Position numbers and translations under genes: made by a program
Shown here: positions 1 through 13,690 of the stretch, piece after piece
Layout: every line of letters begins with the position of its first letter
Position numbering within the stretch: the first letter of the stretch is position 1
Notes under the pieces: generated by a model
Databases searched by the model: none
The model's input: the letters and a program-made list of their open reading frames with translations, nothing else
Told to the model about the DNA's origin: nothing
From: Geosiphon pyriformis uo1
Lineage: Eukaryota > Fungi > Glomeromycota
DNA: 64,000 nucleotides
Direction of reading: 5' to 3'
Assembly: GCA_016748015.1 (NCBI GenBank)
Contig: JAAOMT010000502.1
Location: 310,001-374,000 of the forward strand

Positions 1-420
1 GAATGACCTCATTATGCAAGAAATTATAATTGGCAATTTCTACTTTAAAGTGTAAAAAACACAAAAACCGACGATTTGACAAAATAGTCTTTGCACATAC
101 GACAAAAGATTGTGCGTTTACAACATTGAAATCAACAGAAAAGGGATTGTGGTTCCACTCATGAGTTTGTCATCCCGTCAAACATGACGATTTGTAAGGT
201 GAGAAAAACTACTTGAAAGACTTCTGATAAATCCTTTGCTAGACACATTACCATTTTCGTCAACGTCTGATTGTCAAGATGGAAAATTTACAAGTCCGTA
301 TTGCAGTAAAAAATGAAAAGCATTAGAGGGTTGAAAGTTTATAACCGTTAAAATTTGGTCTGTAATGAACGGGAGATGAAAATTACGTTTGGGGACATCT
401 TCTCGCTTGATGGAGCTTTA
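1..420 (+). pseudogene. Fanzor2/IS607-type TnpB nuclease relic A (C-terminal half; continues left of the window)
   Basis: Manual translation across frameshifts: NDLI..KKHKNRRFDKIV..IRQKIVRLQ..EINRK..THEF.VIPSNM..RKTT*KT..ILC*THYHFRQRLIVKMENLQVRIAVKNE..GLKVYN..DEN..G.IF..LDGAL. This follows the Fanzor2 order: bridge helix, Pro-substituted RuvC-II, W-x-HY-x-FRQRL, alternative Glu (315-317), zinc-finger remnant, RuvC-III D (375-377). Confidence 0.8.
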
Positions 421-537
421 AGATTCATGCGAAAAATAGTAGTCTTACCTACTACTGATGTGTTACAATTCATTTGGACAGTTAATAAAATGCCACAAAG
501 TTTTGAGGATGTTAGGGTGTGGTAAGACATTATCAAG
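400..537 (+). ncRNA. Candidate omegaRNA scaffold / right end of the Fanzor2 element
   Basis: Directly follows the Fanzor ORF end. Stem 437-443 (tagtagt) pairs with 451-457 (actactg); its loop cttacc (444-449) is complementary to ggtaag (521-526), giving a pseudoknot. Sequence becomes more AT-rich after ~540. Confidence 0.45.
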
Positions 538-1042
538 AATATTACAACATTCAGTTGATTAGCCAAGAAAAAATTTAAATTTGACAATTGTTTTCACAAT
601 AATTACTAATCTCTGAGACTTTAAAGCACAAAATTATGCAAGTTTTTTTTTTCATATCAAAAGAAAGATTCTAAAATTAAAAAAAGCTTTACCTGCAAAA
701 AATTAATTTTAAAAAGTAATTCAATGTTTCATGTATGGCAAAAATTTATATAGAAACTTTATTTAGTGTAAACCTACTCAATCTTTTTTTTTTTGGGGGA
801 AACAAAGAATAATAATTAGATAAAGAAGTAAATATTTCATTATCACTGATATAAATATCTCAATGAATAATGTTCATTTGGAAACTTTCCCGTAGAATTA
901 TTCATGACAAAATTGAGCATAATTGTAATAAAACCTTAATCCAATTTCTTTTGCCAACTTTTCATAGCCTGTTTATAGTCTTGCAATAGCTTTTTAATAA
1001 CTTATTTTAGTCATTTATGGTTTTAAGAAAATTTTCTAAAAA

Positions 1043-1110
1043 GTTTATCACCTAAATAAATATCATTCAAAATGTTTATCACCTAAATAAATATCATTCA
1101 AAATGTTTAT
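1043..1110. repeat. 31-bp tandem duplication (gtttatcacctaaataaatatcattcaaaat x2)
   Basis: Exact direct repeat; units start at 1043 and 1074. Confidence 0.9.
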
Positions 1111-2403
1111 TGGTATTATTTAATACAGGTAACATTAGTCGCTCAACTTGAAAAAAAATTTGATGATCGCTCAACCTTATAAGCGTAAATAACTATCATA
1201 TAAATAAGACTGAAAAACAAGGTTTAGCACCATGTTTTGAACACATATTTTTTTGAGTAGTTTTTAAGGAAAATCATGGAATTTTTTTTCAATTAATAAT
1301 TTTTAAAATTAAATTCTTCATTGAACAAAAGAATGTTTTTATTTGACAAATTTTCAATCTTTATTTTCAATATTTTTAAATAAATCATAAAAAATTTTTC
1401 CCCTGTATTTTTCCAGAATATTTTCAAGGATATATAAGGATATACAATATTAATTAAGGCTCTTTCCTATTCAATTTGAAAAATTAAAAAGTACTAAAAA
1501 AAGGTTCTTTTTTGTAATTTTTAACCTATTTTTGGATAAACTTGATTGCAGAACGAAATAAAAAAAACTATTCTTCGTTCCATTGTTATTGTTGAAGAAG
1601 TGGGGTTCAATTAATATTTGATAAATTTTTTTGCACTGTATCCAAAGTATAATTTTATGTGACTACTTTTGGAAATTAATTCCATCATTCTATTGGTTCG
1701 ATCCTGAAAGGGATGATCAACATATTACATATACTTTACCATTTAGGTTTTAAGAATAAAGCTCAGTAATATATGCATAATATATCATGGGGGAAGCATT
1801 CAAATTTCGATATCAAAAGGGTTCGGTTTTTTTCAATTTACACTCTAGAATATCAACTAATTGAGAATATCCCGAAAATGAATGCATTCATTTTCGGCCG
1901 TTTCGATAAAAGCTGAAATATTTAAAACTGAAATTGTGGGTAAGATTAAAAGTGTAGGTATCAATAATTGGCAATGATTCCAAAAACTTAAATGAATGAT
2001 GGTAACGCAACCCCCAGTTTGGAAATAAAAGTTTTCACGTTTGCATCTGATTTTCATCCAATAAGATGAAAAGGTAAAATGTCAATATCAACATTCTGAA
2101 CATCAATCATGAATCACGTTTGTTACTTAGCATCATTAATACAGATTGCTTATTTTGCATGTGAGAACAAAATATCAAACTCTTTTTTTTTCAAAGAATA
2201 AATAGAGCGAGAAGGTCCAGAAGCTGAAAGAACATTTTTCATTTGTTTTTACCTGAGCTCAATTTAAGTTTGCATACTTGTTTATAGTATTTCAAAAATA
2301 GAAAGCACTGAAACATTGAGTTTGTGCAAATCACCATTAATAACGTTTAAAAAAAACTTTTCTAGCTTATAGGTTATCTTTAAGCGTCAATTGCCCAAGT
2401 AAA

Positions 2404-3622
2404 ATGACAATACACTATTCGGCCCCAGTTATTCTCTATATAGTTCTCAATATTCTGAGCATAATATTTTTAACAATATTAATATTTCTCATTCTCACTT
2501 CAAAAGCTTATTTTACAAAATGGACACTTTTCCAACTCTGTATTTGCGCATATATGAAACATTTAACAGGTCTGCCAGCTGTATTATTATATGGTGATAA
2601 CCTACTTGAACGAGCATTTGAAAATTCAACTTGTATGATTGCTCAGAAAATAAGTGGTATTTTCAATTATCCCACGCAAATTATACCAGGTGTATTAGCC
2701 TTTTACCTTTGGTATTCGTTGGCCAAGAAAGATGTTGAGATCGAGAAAAGGTGTCAGTGGTATGTCTCTGTTGGAATTTGGGGCGTTTCAATAATAACGC
2801 GAGTTCTAAGAACTATTGATGATTCAAAAAAATTAAATTGGAATGTTGAACCGAATCGATTGATGTGTCAAGCTACTTCAAACGATAATTTTTTGTCATT
2901 CATTGTGCCAGCTGTAATCGTATTCATTTTAGCAACGTTTTTCACATGTAAGTTTGGGGGGGGAGGGAGAGAGGAAGGGAGGGGGAGGGGGAGGGGGGGT
3001 TAGAAATCGATAAAATATAAATTTATGGCTTCCGAGTCAGAATGATTACATGATTACATGATAACTTTATTTTTATTCATTTTTTGGCTCTCAAGTTGAC
3101 TCTAGTAAAATTTTGATGACAAATTGGCAACTATTTTCCCTACGACAAAATCGGCGAACCGCTTTCAACTTGGGCCATGCGGTACGATTGACGGTTTTCA
3201 GTTTAGCCTACCTTATTATCCTTTGCATGTTCATCGTACCAGTTGTGATAAGGAAAATAAAAAATGCATCAGATGCCAAAATTTATACAACTTCCCAATA
3301 TTCTACCAGTTTTCTGTAAGTAATAAACTTTTTATTGATAATTTATACCATGTCAATTTTGAGAATACTTTTTACTCAATTTTATCTTATTTTTAGGGGA
3401 ATTGTTCTCTTTCTAATTTTTGGAACTACCCGTTCAGCAGCGTTATTTTTGCCCTGCTTCTACTATGCTCCTCACGATGCTCCAAAAAGGAAGAAAAGTG
3501 TAAATTTATTTAAACCAATGGCATCAGATCCTCATCCTCTTAACTTTATCATCAGTCATTCTTTTTTGGACCCTGAAAATACTCAGATTACAACAACAAC
3601 AACAACAACAAGTAGTAATTAA
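2404..3622 (+). CDS. 7TM GPCR-like protein 1 (cAMP-receptor-like/class B-like), 329 aa; exons 2404-2947, 3096-3315, 3397-3622
   Basis: GT-AG introns in phases 1 and 2 join an open frame. Seven hydrophobic segments, Cys at the top of TM3 and in ECL2 (NRLMC), TM7 GIVLFLIFG, and a helix-8-like SAALFLPCFYY. Confidence 0.85.
2956..2999 (+). repeat. G-rich polypurine tract in intron 1 of GPCR1
   Basis: 44 nt made only of G and A, with more than four G-runs of 3 or more, in an otherwise AT-rich region. Confidence 0.85.
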
Positions 3623-5532
3623 TGATAAGTTACTTGTCAGAGAATTTATTCAAGTGTCGGCAATTCCTAAGTAGTGTATATTGTATCGGTGCATTTGAAG
3701 ATAGTAAAATTTTAAACCAAGACGAATATTCTCTAAATGAACAATTATATGAAATTTTAGATATTTTTATCAATTGCATAATCACAAAATAGTTTTCATT
3801 TATATTTTTTAAGTCAACAAATAAGTGAGTTCTAGAACTTACAAAAACAAAATTATTCTTAAAATCTTTGTACAGGCTTTCTTTGAAGTCTGAACGCTTA
3901 TATGAACAAAAAGCTAAATACCTTCAACAAAATAAACAACCAATTATAATTTTTTTATAATGCTAATCTTTTTAATATTATCATGAAATAAATCTGTTTA
4001 CTTTTTAATTAATGACACCATAGTTTGTTGATGATGATGATGATGATGATGGAAATTGTTTAAAAGTTAAAAATGCCTTTTTTAAGCCCATTGTAGATTC
4101 TGTATATTATGCCATGGGAAATTGTGAACTATAAATTTTTATTTCAAAATTTTGAATAGTAATATGTCAACTCAATTCATGAGAAAGTTTATCGTACCAC
4201 TGAACCTTAGAAAATATGCAGGTTAACTGATTTGGAATTACAATTTAAAAGAAAATGTAACCTTTTCACAAAACATGTGAGGGAATATATAATATTTATT
4301 TTTATTTGTAATCATTTGGTAATTTTAAATAGTTGACTAAAAATAGTAATATTAACCGAAACCTAAACTCTCATTTTACCAAACAAAAAAAGCGGGAATT
4401 ATAAAATCATTTGGATAATGTCTAGAACTTTATTTTTCCGTTTTTTATTGATGCATAAGGATCAAAACTTACACGAAAAAGTCTTGGAAATTCTAAAAAA
4501 GCCGAATCTGAGTTTTTAAAATTATTTCTATAAAGATAGTGTACGTCTGATTTCAGAAGGTAAAAGGCTTAAGATGCGTTATGTAATAATATAATATAGT
4601 TGATAAACCTATAATAATGCTTAGTAGTAGCTTACCAAAGTCTAGATTGTTAAAAATTTCGGCAACATATATGATAACGATTTATTTATTTATTTAAACT
4701 TTTCATAAAAAAACTTTTTTGACGTGAATTTTTTTTTTTTACAGTTTTAAAAAGCCTTTCCTAATAATAATAATAATTATTATTATTATTATTATTAATT
4801 TTTATAGGAATTAATAAATAACGAGTAAAAAAGTTTTTTGTAATCTAGTTTTTAGATAGATTTATCTAATAATAAATTTTAAAATGAAATATATATCATC
4901 TGGAAGAAAAACAAATGGCAAAAGATGCACATTTAATTGATCAACTCGAAAAAAGAGCAAGTTAATCTGGTTGTTATAAAAATATTTTTATATTCAAGAA
5001 AAATTTTAGTTAGAGAAGCCAACAAGAAAAAAAAGTCAAAAATCGTTGTAAACCTAGTATTTTGTACGAAATTCTTGAACTTCACATAATGTTTTTTACT
5101 AATTTATTTTAATTGAAAATATGAATCTATAAATTCGTAATGAGATGAGAAAAAATTTAAGAAATGAAGTAATTTCTGTTGTAAAGTAATTTGTATGTAC
5201 AATGTTCAAATGTACAATGTTCAAAAGTGCATGAAAAATAACTTTTTTCTCCAAAAAAAAAAAAGACCACAAATGCTACGATCTTCTTTTTATGGTTAGA
5301 GCTGATATCGTTTATTTATGTTTATTTATCTTCCAATTTCCGAGGTTAGATTTCACAATAAAAAAGTGTTTTTGCCTAACGAAGCATGTTGATTAACTGG
5401 TAAAAAAAAACACTCAAATTTAGTATTATTATCATTTGAATAGTTAGTATTGTTTCCTTTTATTTATTTTTAGGATAAAAATCTTTGACAAGAAAAGACA
5501 TATTTAATATGATAAATATTTACTTTTAATAT

Positions 5533-5764
5533 TGTTTGGTTGGTTGGTTGGTTGGTTGGTTGTTTGTTTGTTTGTTTACTTGTTTACTTGTTTGTTTGGG
5601 ATTTTCTTCAAATAAAAACTTGTTATACAAAAACGTAAATAATTAATTTTTACTTTTTTTTTTTAAAAAGAATAAGCAACAAAAAAATAAATTGGTTTAA
5701 TTAATCTGAACCATATTGTTTCCAAAAAATAATTTTTTTGAGTTAGCTTGTTTTTTTAAAAACA

Positions 5765-5806
<42 letters not shown>
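5533..5806. repeat. (TGGT)n/(TGTT)n microsatellite (5533-5598) and A39 tract (5768-5806)
   Basis: Directly visible. Confidence 0.9.
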
Positions 5807-5809
<3 letters not shown>

Positions 5810-8716
5810 GAAATCGGCAAAAAATTTTTCAACAGCTGAATGCATAAACCTAATTTAAAAAATTTTATAAAAATATTAAATTTTGTTTAAAAGTCTAAAT
5901 TATGATATAAAAATATTTATAAAAAAAAAAATACTTTTTTTAAATATTACTTCTACCCAAACAATAAAATATTGTGAATTATATATATAGATATTTATAC
6001 AAAAAAAAATATTTATAAAAAGATTTGAAAGAAATTGAAAATGAAAATTTTTTTGTAATGTTTATTAACTTCTAAATTGTTGTTCATTTAGTTTTATAAA
6101 CAGTTCTTTTGATCTCGTTTAAAAATTAATGTCGTATATTTAACATTTTTGGTTAAAAAAGAACTTTTTTTTCATGTTTTAACAATATATTATTCTGTAA
6201 ATATTTATATTTATATTCTCAAACAAAAGCTTTAATAATTCCAAGTTAAAAACTGTAAATTATTATTTTTTTAATAGTAAAAATAACATTTGTAAGATTT
6301 TTTTTTTAATATCAAAAAGTTTAAAATAATAAAATTTTATTTTAAAAAATTGAAAATTAAATGACAAATGAATATTGAGTTTTAAATTATTTGGTTATTT
6401 TAAAAAAATTTTAATTATTTTTCAATTGGAAAATATTATAAATTAGTTTAAGTAAAATGTCAAAATGATTAATTTATTTTTTTTTGCAATATTTATTCCT
6501 GTATTTATTTGATTTTCAAATTCTTATACTGTACAAAGCAAAACATATATTTAAATTTTTGTCAAATATATTCTCAAATAGATATTAAAATTAAAAGCAA
6601 AATAAATTAAAGAAAGAATAAAACATTTATTTATAAGAATTAATATTTGTATATTTCAATAAAATTTTTATTAAAATGTCATGTAAAATGTTATCACATA
6701 CGTAAAACACTTTTTTAAAACTATTTTAACTATTAATAAACATATAAAGTCTATTAATGAGCAAGCCTTACCTTTTTCTGATAGAATTTTCTTATAAAAT
6801 TATTGATTCATATCGAAAATCAACGAAATAATATATTTATTATTATATCAGCCTATAATTTTTTAGCAGCAATATAAAGGATGCATTTATAAGAAAAAGT
6901 ACAATTCTATAGTTTTATACAAATTTTAACGATTGAATAAACAGAATCTCTATTTCAGCACAGAGTCATAAATAAATATTTCCTTTTTCTAAAAAATAAA
7001 CATTGCCTGTAAGTATACTCTCGATTCTCATAACCATTTTATGCTTAAGTCTTATTTCCTATTTTAAAAAGTTATAACTGAATGCGAAATAATCATATTT
7101 TAACAGGATTTTGAGAATTTTTGATTGAATGAAGCAGGCTGTAAGTTTTTCTTTTTTTTATTAAATAACAGATCTTGAAGAAGGATATCATCAAAAATGC
7201 GGATTAAATAATCAAAAGACTCATAAAAATTGTGTCAAAAATGATTCTAAATTTAATTGTTATATTTTAAGAAGTATAGCCTTTAGTTTCTATTTAAAGG
7301 AGAAATTGTTTTTGAACGGTGTAAAAAGTTGAAAAAAGTTTTTTCCATGTTTTTAAAAAATAAAGCCAAAATTTTTACAGAATTTTAAAAGCTCAATATT
7401 CTTCCACAAAAAAAACATACTCTTATGAATCATTTTAGTATTAAAACAAAAAACAAAAGTTCCTGATTCCATAAATTACTTTATGCCCATCCTATCCCCA
7501 AGCGAATGAATTCTCACTTTAATTATAGTCGTTTGTGGTTTTTGTTTATCGCAACTCATGAAAAATCTCGTGGCATAAAATTCAATTGAATAAAATATTA
7601 AAATTATTCTTGGAATTCTAAATTTGTTATCTGATAGGTCCAGAGGTCAGGCTGTTTAAGAATCTTGACACATAGAAACAATAATCGCAGATCTGAAGAC
7701 TTGCAGTATTAAGATTATAGTCCAAAAGATTTTTATATAAATTACCAGTTTGGCTTCAATTTGTGATAGGAAATTAACAAAAAGTAACAAACTGATATTG
7801 AAATAAAATAATTGATTGATTTGGAATATGTCATTTACATAATATATTTTCTACAAAGTTTATTTCTTCAAATGCTAATCAGTTATAGACAATACTTTCA
7901 CAAAATATTAAAAAAATTACAAAAATATTTTGAATAAAATTACATGGCAAAATAAATTTTTTATATTACAATAAAAAAATTTATTAATTAATTAAAATTT
8001 ATTTATACCTAAAAATAAAATAAAATGAAATAAATTTTTTTTTATTGTCATCATAATTTATATATATTTTTAAATTTACTATAATTATTAAAAATTAAAT
8101 ATTATTTATTAAAAATTAATATAGTTTAAAATTTTACAATAATTATTATTTTGTATAATTAAAGTTATTTAAATATGTTTACAATTTTCATTTATTAATA
8201 TTTTGAATTGTATTATTTTATTTTATTTTATTTTATTTTTTACTTATATTTTTAAATATTTTTTTTCAAATTTTTAATTCTTAATTTAAATTTAAATTTT
8301 AAAAAGCAATATTTTCAATTCTATTTAATAAAATAAGAATTTTAAATTACAAAAAATAATTTAATATTGTTTGTAAATATTATTAGCACTTCAAAACTTT
8401 GAACTTTTAAATAATTTTTCATTGTTAAAAATAGTAATTATTTGTAGAAAAACGGCCGCAAAAAAAAGTTGAAGTATTCAAATTCTGTTTTGCCCAACTT
8501 TTACTGGGATAATACTTTATACGGTTTTAGTGAAGGCTTAAATTTCTACTTTCTTTGTAGGGCAATTTGTGATCAATTAAAAAATACTGAGACACGAGCC
8601 CTGACACGAATATAAATAAATAAGATAAGTCGCAATTAAAACCAACGCCACTTTCTTTTACTTTTAACCTACCGAAATTCAAAATAAAATTCATAGTTAG
8701 GCACATTATTTCATTT

Positions 8717-9987
8717 TTATTCAGTTGTAATTTGAATTTCTAATTCTTCAGAGTCTAAAACTTGACCTTTGCTATCATTTCCAGGTAAATTTAAAGCTTT
8801 TGTCCAAGGATTCAAATCATTAATATCATTATTTAAACCTCGCGTTAAAGTTGAAGTATTACTTTCAAGCTCATTGTTCTGGGAATTTTTCTCTATATTT
8901 ATTGGGTAGTTATATTCTGGAAATGAGAGAATTCTAGTACTTTGGATGTTTTGTTTTCTCAATTTCATAATATTTTTTATCCCGTCAGAATCAGTAGGTT
9001 TGTAATAAAAACATGGAAGGAAGCAAGCTGCCGAACGGTGAGCACCAAATATTAAAAATAGTACAATTCCTCTGAAAAAGAAATAGAAAGTCACTAAAAA
9101 GAGTAAAAGAAATAGGCTAACTAATGTTGGTGTTTATTTATAATCAATTTTGACTTACATTATGCTTCCAGTATATTCGGATAAACTCAAAGCATTTGCA
9201 TCAGGAATTTTTTTAGATCTATTTATTATCCTTGGAACCAAGGAAGATAATAAAACAGCAATATAACCAATACAACAAACGTGCAATCGAATCGCTTGAC
9301 CTAATTTTATCGCTGTGCCTCTGGTTTGGTTCTTTGAAAATTTCTCCCAATGTCTGATGAGAATGATAGTTGAATGACCTTATTAAAAAATTAATATAGT
9401 CAGAAATTTTTTTAATTTGTGAATTTTTCCAATTCATACTTACCAGTAAACCCTATACAGATTAATGTCACAATTACTGATGGAATTAAAAATGCCAACC
9501 AATCCCTATCATAACTTGTACCCTTACAATACAATCGATTAACATCCACACCCCAATGTTCATATTTACTAGAAATGATCAGCTTGACTCCTTGATACAA
9601 CGAATTCAATCCCCAAATTCCTGCAGATACTTTCCAACCCCATCTTTTTTCTATTGTAATTTCATTCTTCCAAATTCCATACCAAAGATAAAATATGATT
9701 GCTAAAGGAAAGATTTGTATAGGATGAAAAAAAAATTGTCCAAATTTTTGGGCTATTATGCATAATGATGTTTCGAATGCTTTTTGGCGTAAATTTTCAC
9801 CATATTTTAGTAATGGAGGAAGATTTGAAATTTGACTAAAGAATGCTGAAATACATAGCTGGGAAAGCGTCCATTTTGTAAAAAAACCGGGAGATTTATG
9901 AATTATTACTAGGAGCAAAACTAGCAGTGTGGAGCTAAAGAGGTTCAAGACTATGTAAATAATGAGTGGGGGAGAATAGTAAGTCAT
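8717..9987 (-). CDS. 7TM GPCR-like protein 2, 372 aa; exons 9987-9444, 9378-9159, 9071-8717
   Basis: Same exon sizes (544/220) and intron phases as paralog 1. Motifs FTKWTLSQLC, AFETSLC, FYLW, WGVDVNRLYC, TAIKLGQAIRL, GIVLFLIFG..SAACFLPCFYY. Confidence 0.85.
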
Positions 9988-12167
9988 CGAATCTTCTTAT
10001 TTAGAAGCAATAGTAATCAAATGATAATGATGATAACTTTATCAAATATTCTATTAAAAAAAATTTCACAATTTTTACTACTCCTTTTATATATATATAT
10101 ATATATATATCACATGTATCGTAAACTTCGGGTAAATTCTATCGAAACTCAAATATTATGTCTCGATTGAATCGAGACAAAAACGTTTAATTCAAATATA
10201 TTATATATCATTTGCTCACGTTAAAGATGACCTAATCACATGTACATGTATATGGTTTTCACTATTTTTTAATATCTAAATTACAAAGTTACACATTAAA
10301 TTTCCTTGTGATAAATTTAGCATATTCAGTATGCATATAAAATAAAACTCCCTTTTTCAATCTCACCTGATATATGAGCTTTTAAAATTCAATGTAAGCA
10401 TCGATCGTAGAATTTTTCATTTATCATAAATATATAACATTAACAAAAAAAGGGTTTCATAGTAATTTTTGAGATTTATAATATTAACGTAAGAATATTC
10501 GATAATTTTTATCTTTTGTAGATATTTAGCCATTTCGTTTTACAAAACTATATTATTTGTCCTTGATAGCTTTATTAAATTATAAATTTGATTATAAGAA
10601 TCGTCATTAGCTTTCAAAATATTTTATTTAGAGATTAAAGATAATCATTTGATTACTTGAATATAAATTTGAATGACTCAAGTTGCCTAAGCCGTTAAAT
10701 CAAATCCATCCTAAAATAATTTCGTGCAGGATTATAGAACTCGCGGTATGAAACCATAAATACAGATCCTCAGTTGTACAAAAGATTTTTAAAGCTTTCA
10801 CAAAAGCAATCCCAATAAAGCCTTCTTTCAAAGAAGCTTTTTACCATTAAACATTTTGAGCTTCGCCATAACTATAATAGGATACATGAACGGATATTTC
10901 GGATCATTTCTGAATACATGAAAAATTTGTGTATTTATATTTTTGCTGATCTATTTCATTATAAACATGTCAGCGTAATTGCCATTTATATCTTAGCTCC
11001 CTTTAAAGTTTGTAAACCATAAATACCATCAAAGTCAAAGAATATTATGAGAATCGAAATACATTAAACTATAAGAATTAAATTTAAAAAAGAAACAAAT
11101 AATAATAATAAATATCATGCGAGTCTATATAGAATGAAATAATATATATCGAATGACCCGTCTTTATTTATTATTTCAAATGGTCAAATACATTCAAACT
11201 TTGTAATCACCTTTTTTCCGAAAAATGATATTACTTTTATCATTATGAATACAGAGATACAAAATATTAAGGTTAACATATAATAAATAGAAAACAAAAT
11301 AAGTAATAAATGTATGGAAAATATATATATATATATATTGATATATTTTGATATATTGATATATTTTGAAAATTATTTTTGATTTATAATAAAGAATAAA
11401 GTAAAAAAAAAAAAAAAATTTTTTTTAATAATGTATTAATTAATCTTGAAAATATATAATTTTTGTTGACAAATATGATAACTTGTTTACTTTTTATAAT
11501 AATTTATTGTAGTTTAATTGACCACTATGGTTTTTGTTATTTTTTAATCCAATCAATTTTATATTTAAAAAATTTGTTGTTTCATTTATATTTTTAAGTA
11601 TTTATAATGTATTATTTTATTAAAAATTATTTCAATAAATGTTAAATTATTTTAGAATATATTTTTAAAAACCAAAAGTAATTAATCATCGAAATATAAA
11701 CATTAATAAAAAAAATTCTTTAGAGCTAACAACAATATTCCTTGATTTTACTAAATTTAAATCAAAATTTTTGTTAAATCACAAAACTAGTACGTTTTTA
11801 ATCCATAAATCTATGAACTTGAACCAATATAATGTAAATTATTCACAAGTCAAGCAAATAAACAAACTTAAAGTAGATTGGAATGCATTAATTGGTTTTA
11901 TAAAATTCAGCTTAAACTGTTGGGAGTTAACAAAACAAAAATTTACCATCTTTCCATTAAAGTAAAACTATTCTAGAAACTTGAAATCTAATTTTTTAAT
12001 TTTTAATTTCTTAATAAAAATAGTAATTAAACTTTAAAATTTGACAAACAAGGTACCTACTTAACTTTTCTAATCGGCTTTAAATTATTCCAGAGAAAAA
12101 AATTGCAACTCCCAAAGATATATTTACATAGAAATTCTATTTAATAAATAAATGCTTCTTTTAAATA

Positions 12168-12810
12168 CAGTGTATCACAAAAAAACTTAAAGATCAACAG
12201 GCAAAAGTTACCACATGTAAGACTTTTTTAAATTTCGAAAGCGGAATTAATTTACAACTTTTGATGTAATTTATATTATATATAAATCTGTCGATCAAGA
12301 AACGCAGCAAGCAAAAGCTAATCTACTTCTATAGTGAGGACTGTCAAATTAAGTAAACTATGCAAAAAACAATGAATGATGGAAAATTTGAGCATAAAGG
12401 GGGTAATGATCGTCGCAATAAAGATTACGGGACACGTAGTAGGTCAATATGTCCCTTTGTCTCTGGAAAAAATTGTTACTAAATCAGATAAACATTTAAT
12501 ATTGTACAATTGGCAGAAATTTAAGTTTTTCCTTTGGATATATGAAAAATTTACCAATTACCACGCTAATGTTGACAAAATTTCAAAACAGAAACATGTT
12601 GAATGGTCAAATTTCATCTTAATAATAACTGAAAAAAATCTTACTTGCAATTAAACTTCATTTCATGTAACAGCATGTTGGAGAAGTTAATGAAACACTT
12701 GAAAAGAAGTGCCACTTTCAACAAGGTAAAAATGCCGAGCATAAAAGTCAAGTAGCCAAGGCGTTTGTTTCTTTGGGGGAAAATGTATTTTAAACTTATT
12801 GACTGGCCAT
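12168..12810 (+). mobile_element. Degenerate Tc1/mariner transposase relic
   Basis: TA|CAGTG at 12166-12172 resembles a Tc1 TIR start. Fragments KGVMIVAIKITGHVVG (cf. GGSVMVWGCIT..GVG), HFQQGKNAEHKSQVAKAF (cf. FQQDNDPKHTSK) and FKLIDWP (cf. LDWP.QSPDL). Stops and frameshifts; no right TIR found. Confidence 0.6.
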
Positions 12811-13690
12811 TGTTAAAAACATGAAGTAGAACGATAGATGATTAAATTATGAAATTCTTTGCCAAAAAACTATATTGATCAATTTAATAAATTCAATGTT
12901 TGATGCATTGTGAATTGATTATCAAGAATAAAAAGCATATTAAGTTTTACATCAACAACAACAAGCAATATATCAATCATATAAATTTTATTTTTTGTTA
13001 CACATTGGATTAAATTAAACCTTGATAAAAACATATTGATTAATTGAATAAAATCAAACATTATCTTGACAAGATATGAATCCCGGTAATCTTTTTATTT
13101 CAAAAGTTTAAAATTCTTTTTTAATGATAAAATGATCTTGAACTTTCGAAATCGCCTCATGAAAGCTGACGTGACCTATATTCCCTGCCTTTGCATATGC
13201 GTTTTTAAAAAATTGACCCATACAAAAAGTTTATATTTTAAGTTTGAAATCACAAAAAGCAGTTTTTTATGATTTTTCATGAACTTTTATTAAGGAAAAT
13301 ACATTTTATAGTCCATTTCAAATTAATTTCACAGATATTACTGGTCTTCCTTTGGCAAGATTATATTTCATCCTGGGTACTTAACTCGCAAGTATTGGAG
13401 TCTTTGAAACTCTCAATGTTAAAAGGAAAGTTTAAATTCCATGTGAAAATATTTTATAAATAATTGGGCATCTAAGCTATTTCTCGAGAAACTATTCGAT
13501 AGATCTAACGGGGGAAAATTTCGAAATAACCTTATCTATTAATAAAGATAACATTGGTTTGACTAATAATTGTGTGTAAATTTATGTTACTATACAAATT
13601 CTATATCGATTTTATTTTCATTCTAAGATTAGAATCATAATTCTTGTTTGAACAGATTAATTTGACATGAAGAATAACCCCTTTTTTAAT

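Noticed and set aside
1-16. gaatgacct at the window start resembles the minus-strand exon-2 acceptor of the GPCR paralogs (possible sixth receptor)
   Set aside because: No GPCR exon 1 is readable on the minus strand upstream; the region is explained by the plus-strand Fanzor relic.
348-587. 79-aa minus-strand ORF
   Set aside because: Antisense to the Fanzor 3' end and omegaRNA candidate; no recognisable motif.
12900-13450. Minus-strand coding-like fragments (MGQFFKNAYAKAGNIGHVSFHEAISK...)
   Set aside because: Probably a decayed TE or gene, but no motif I can assign.
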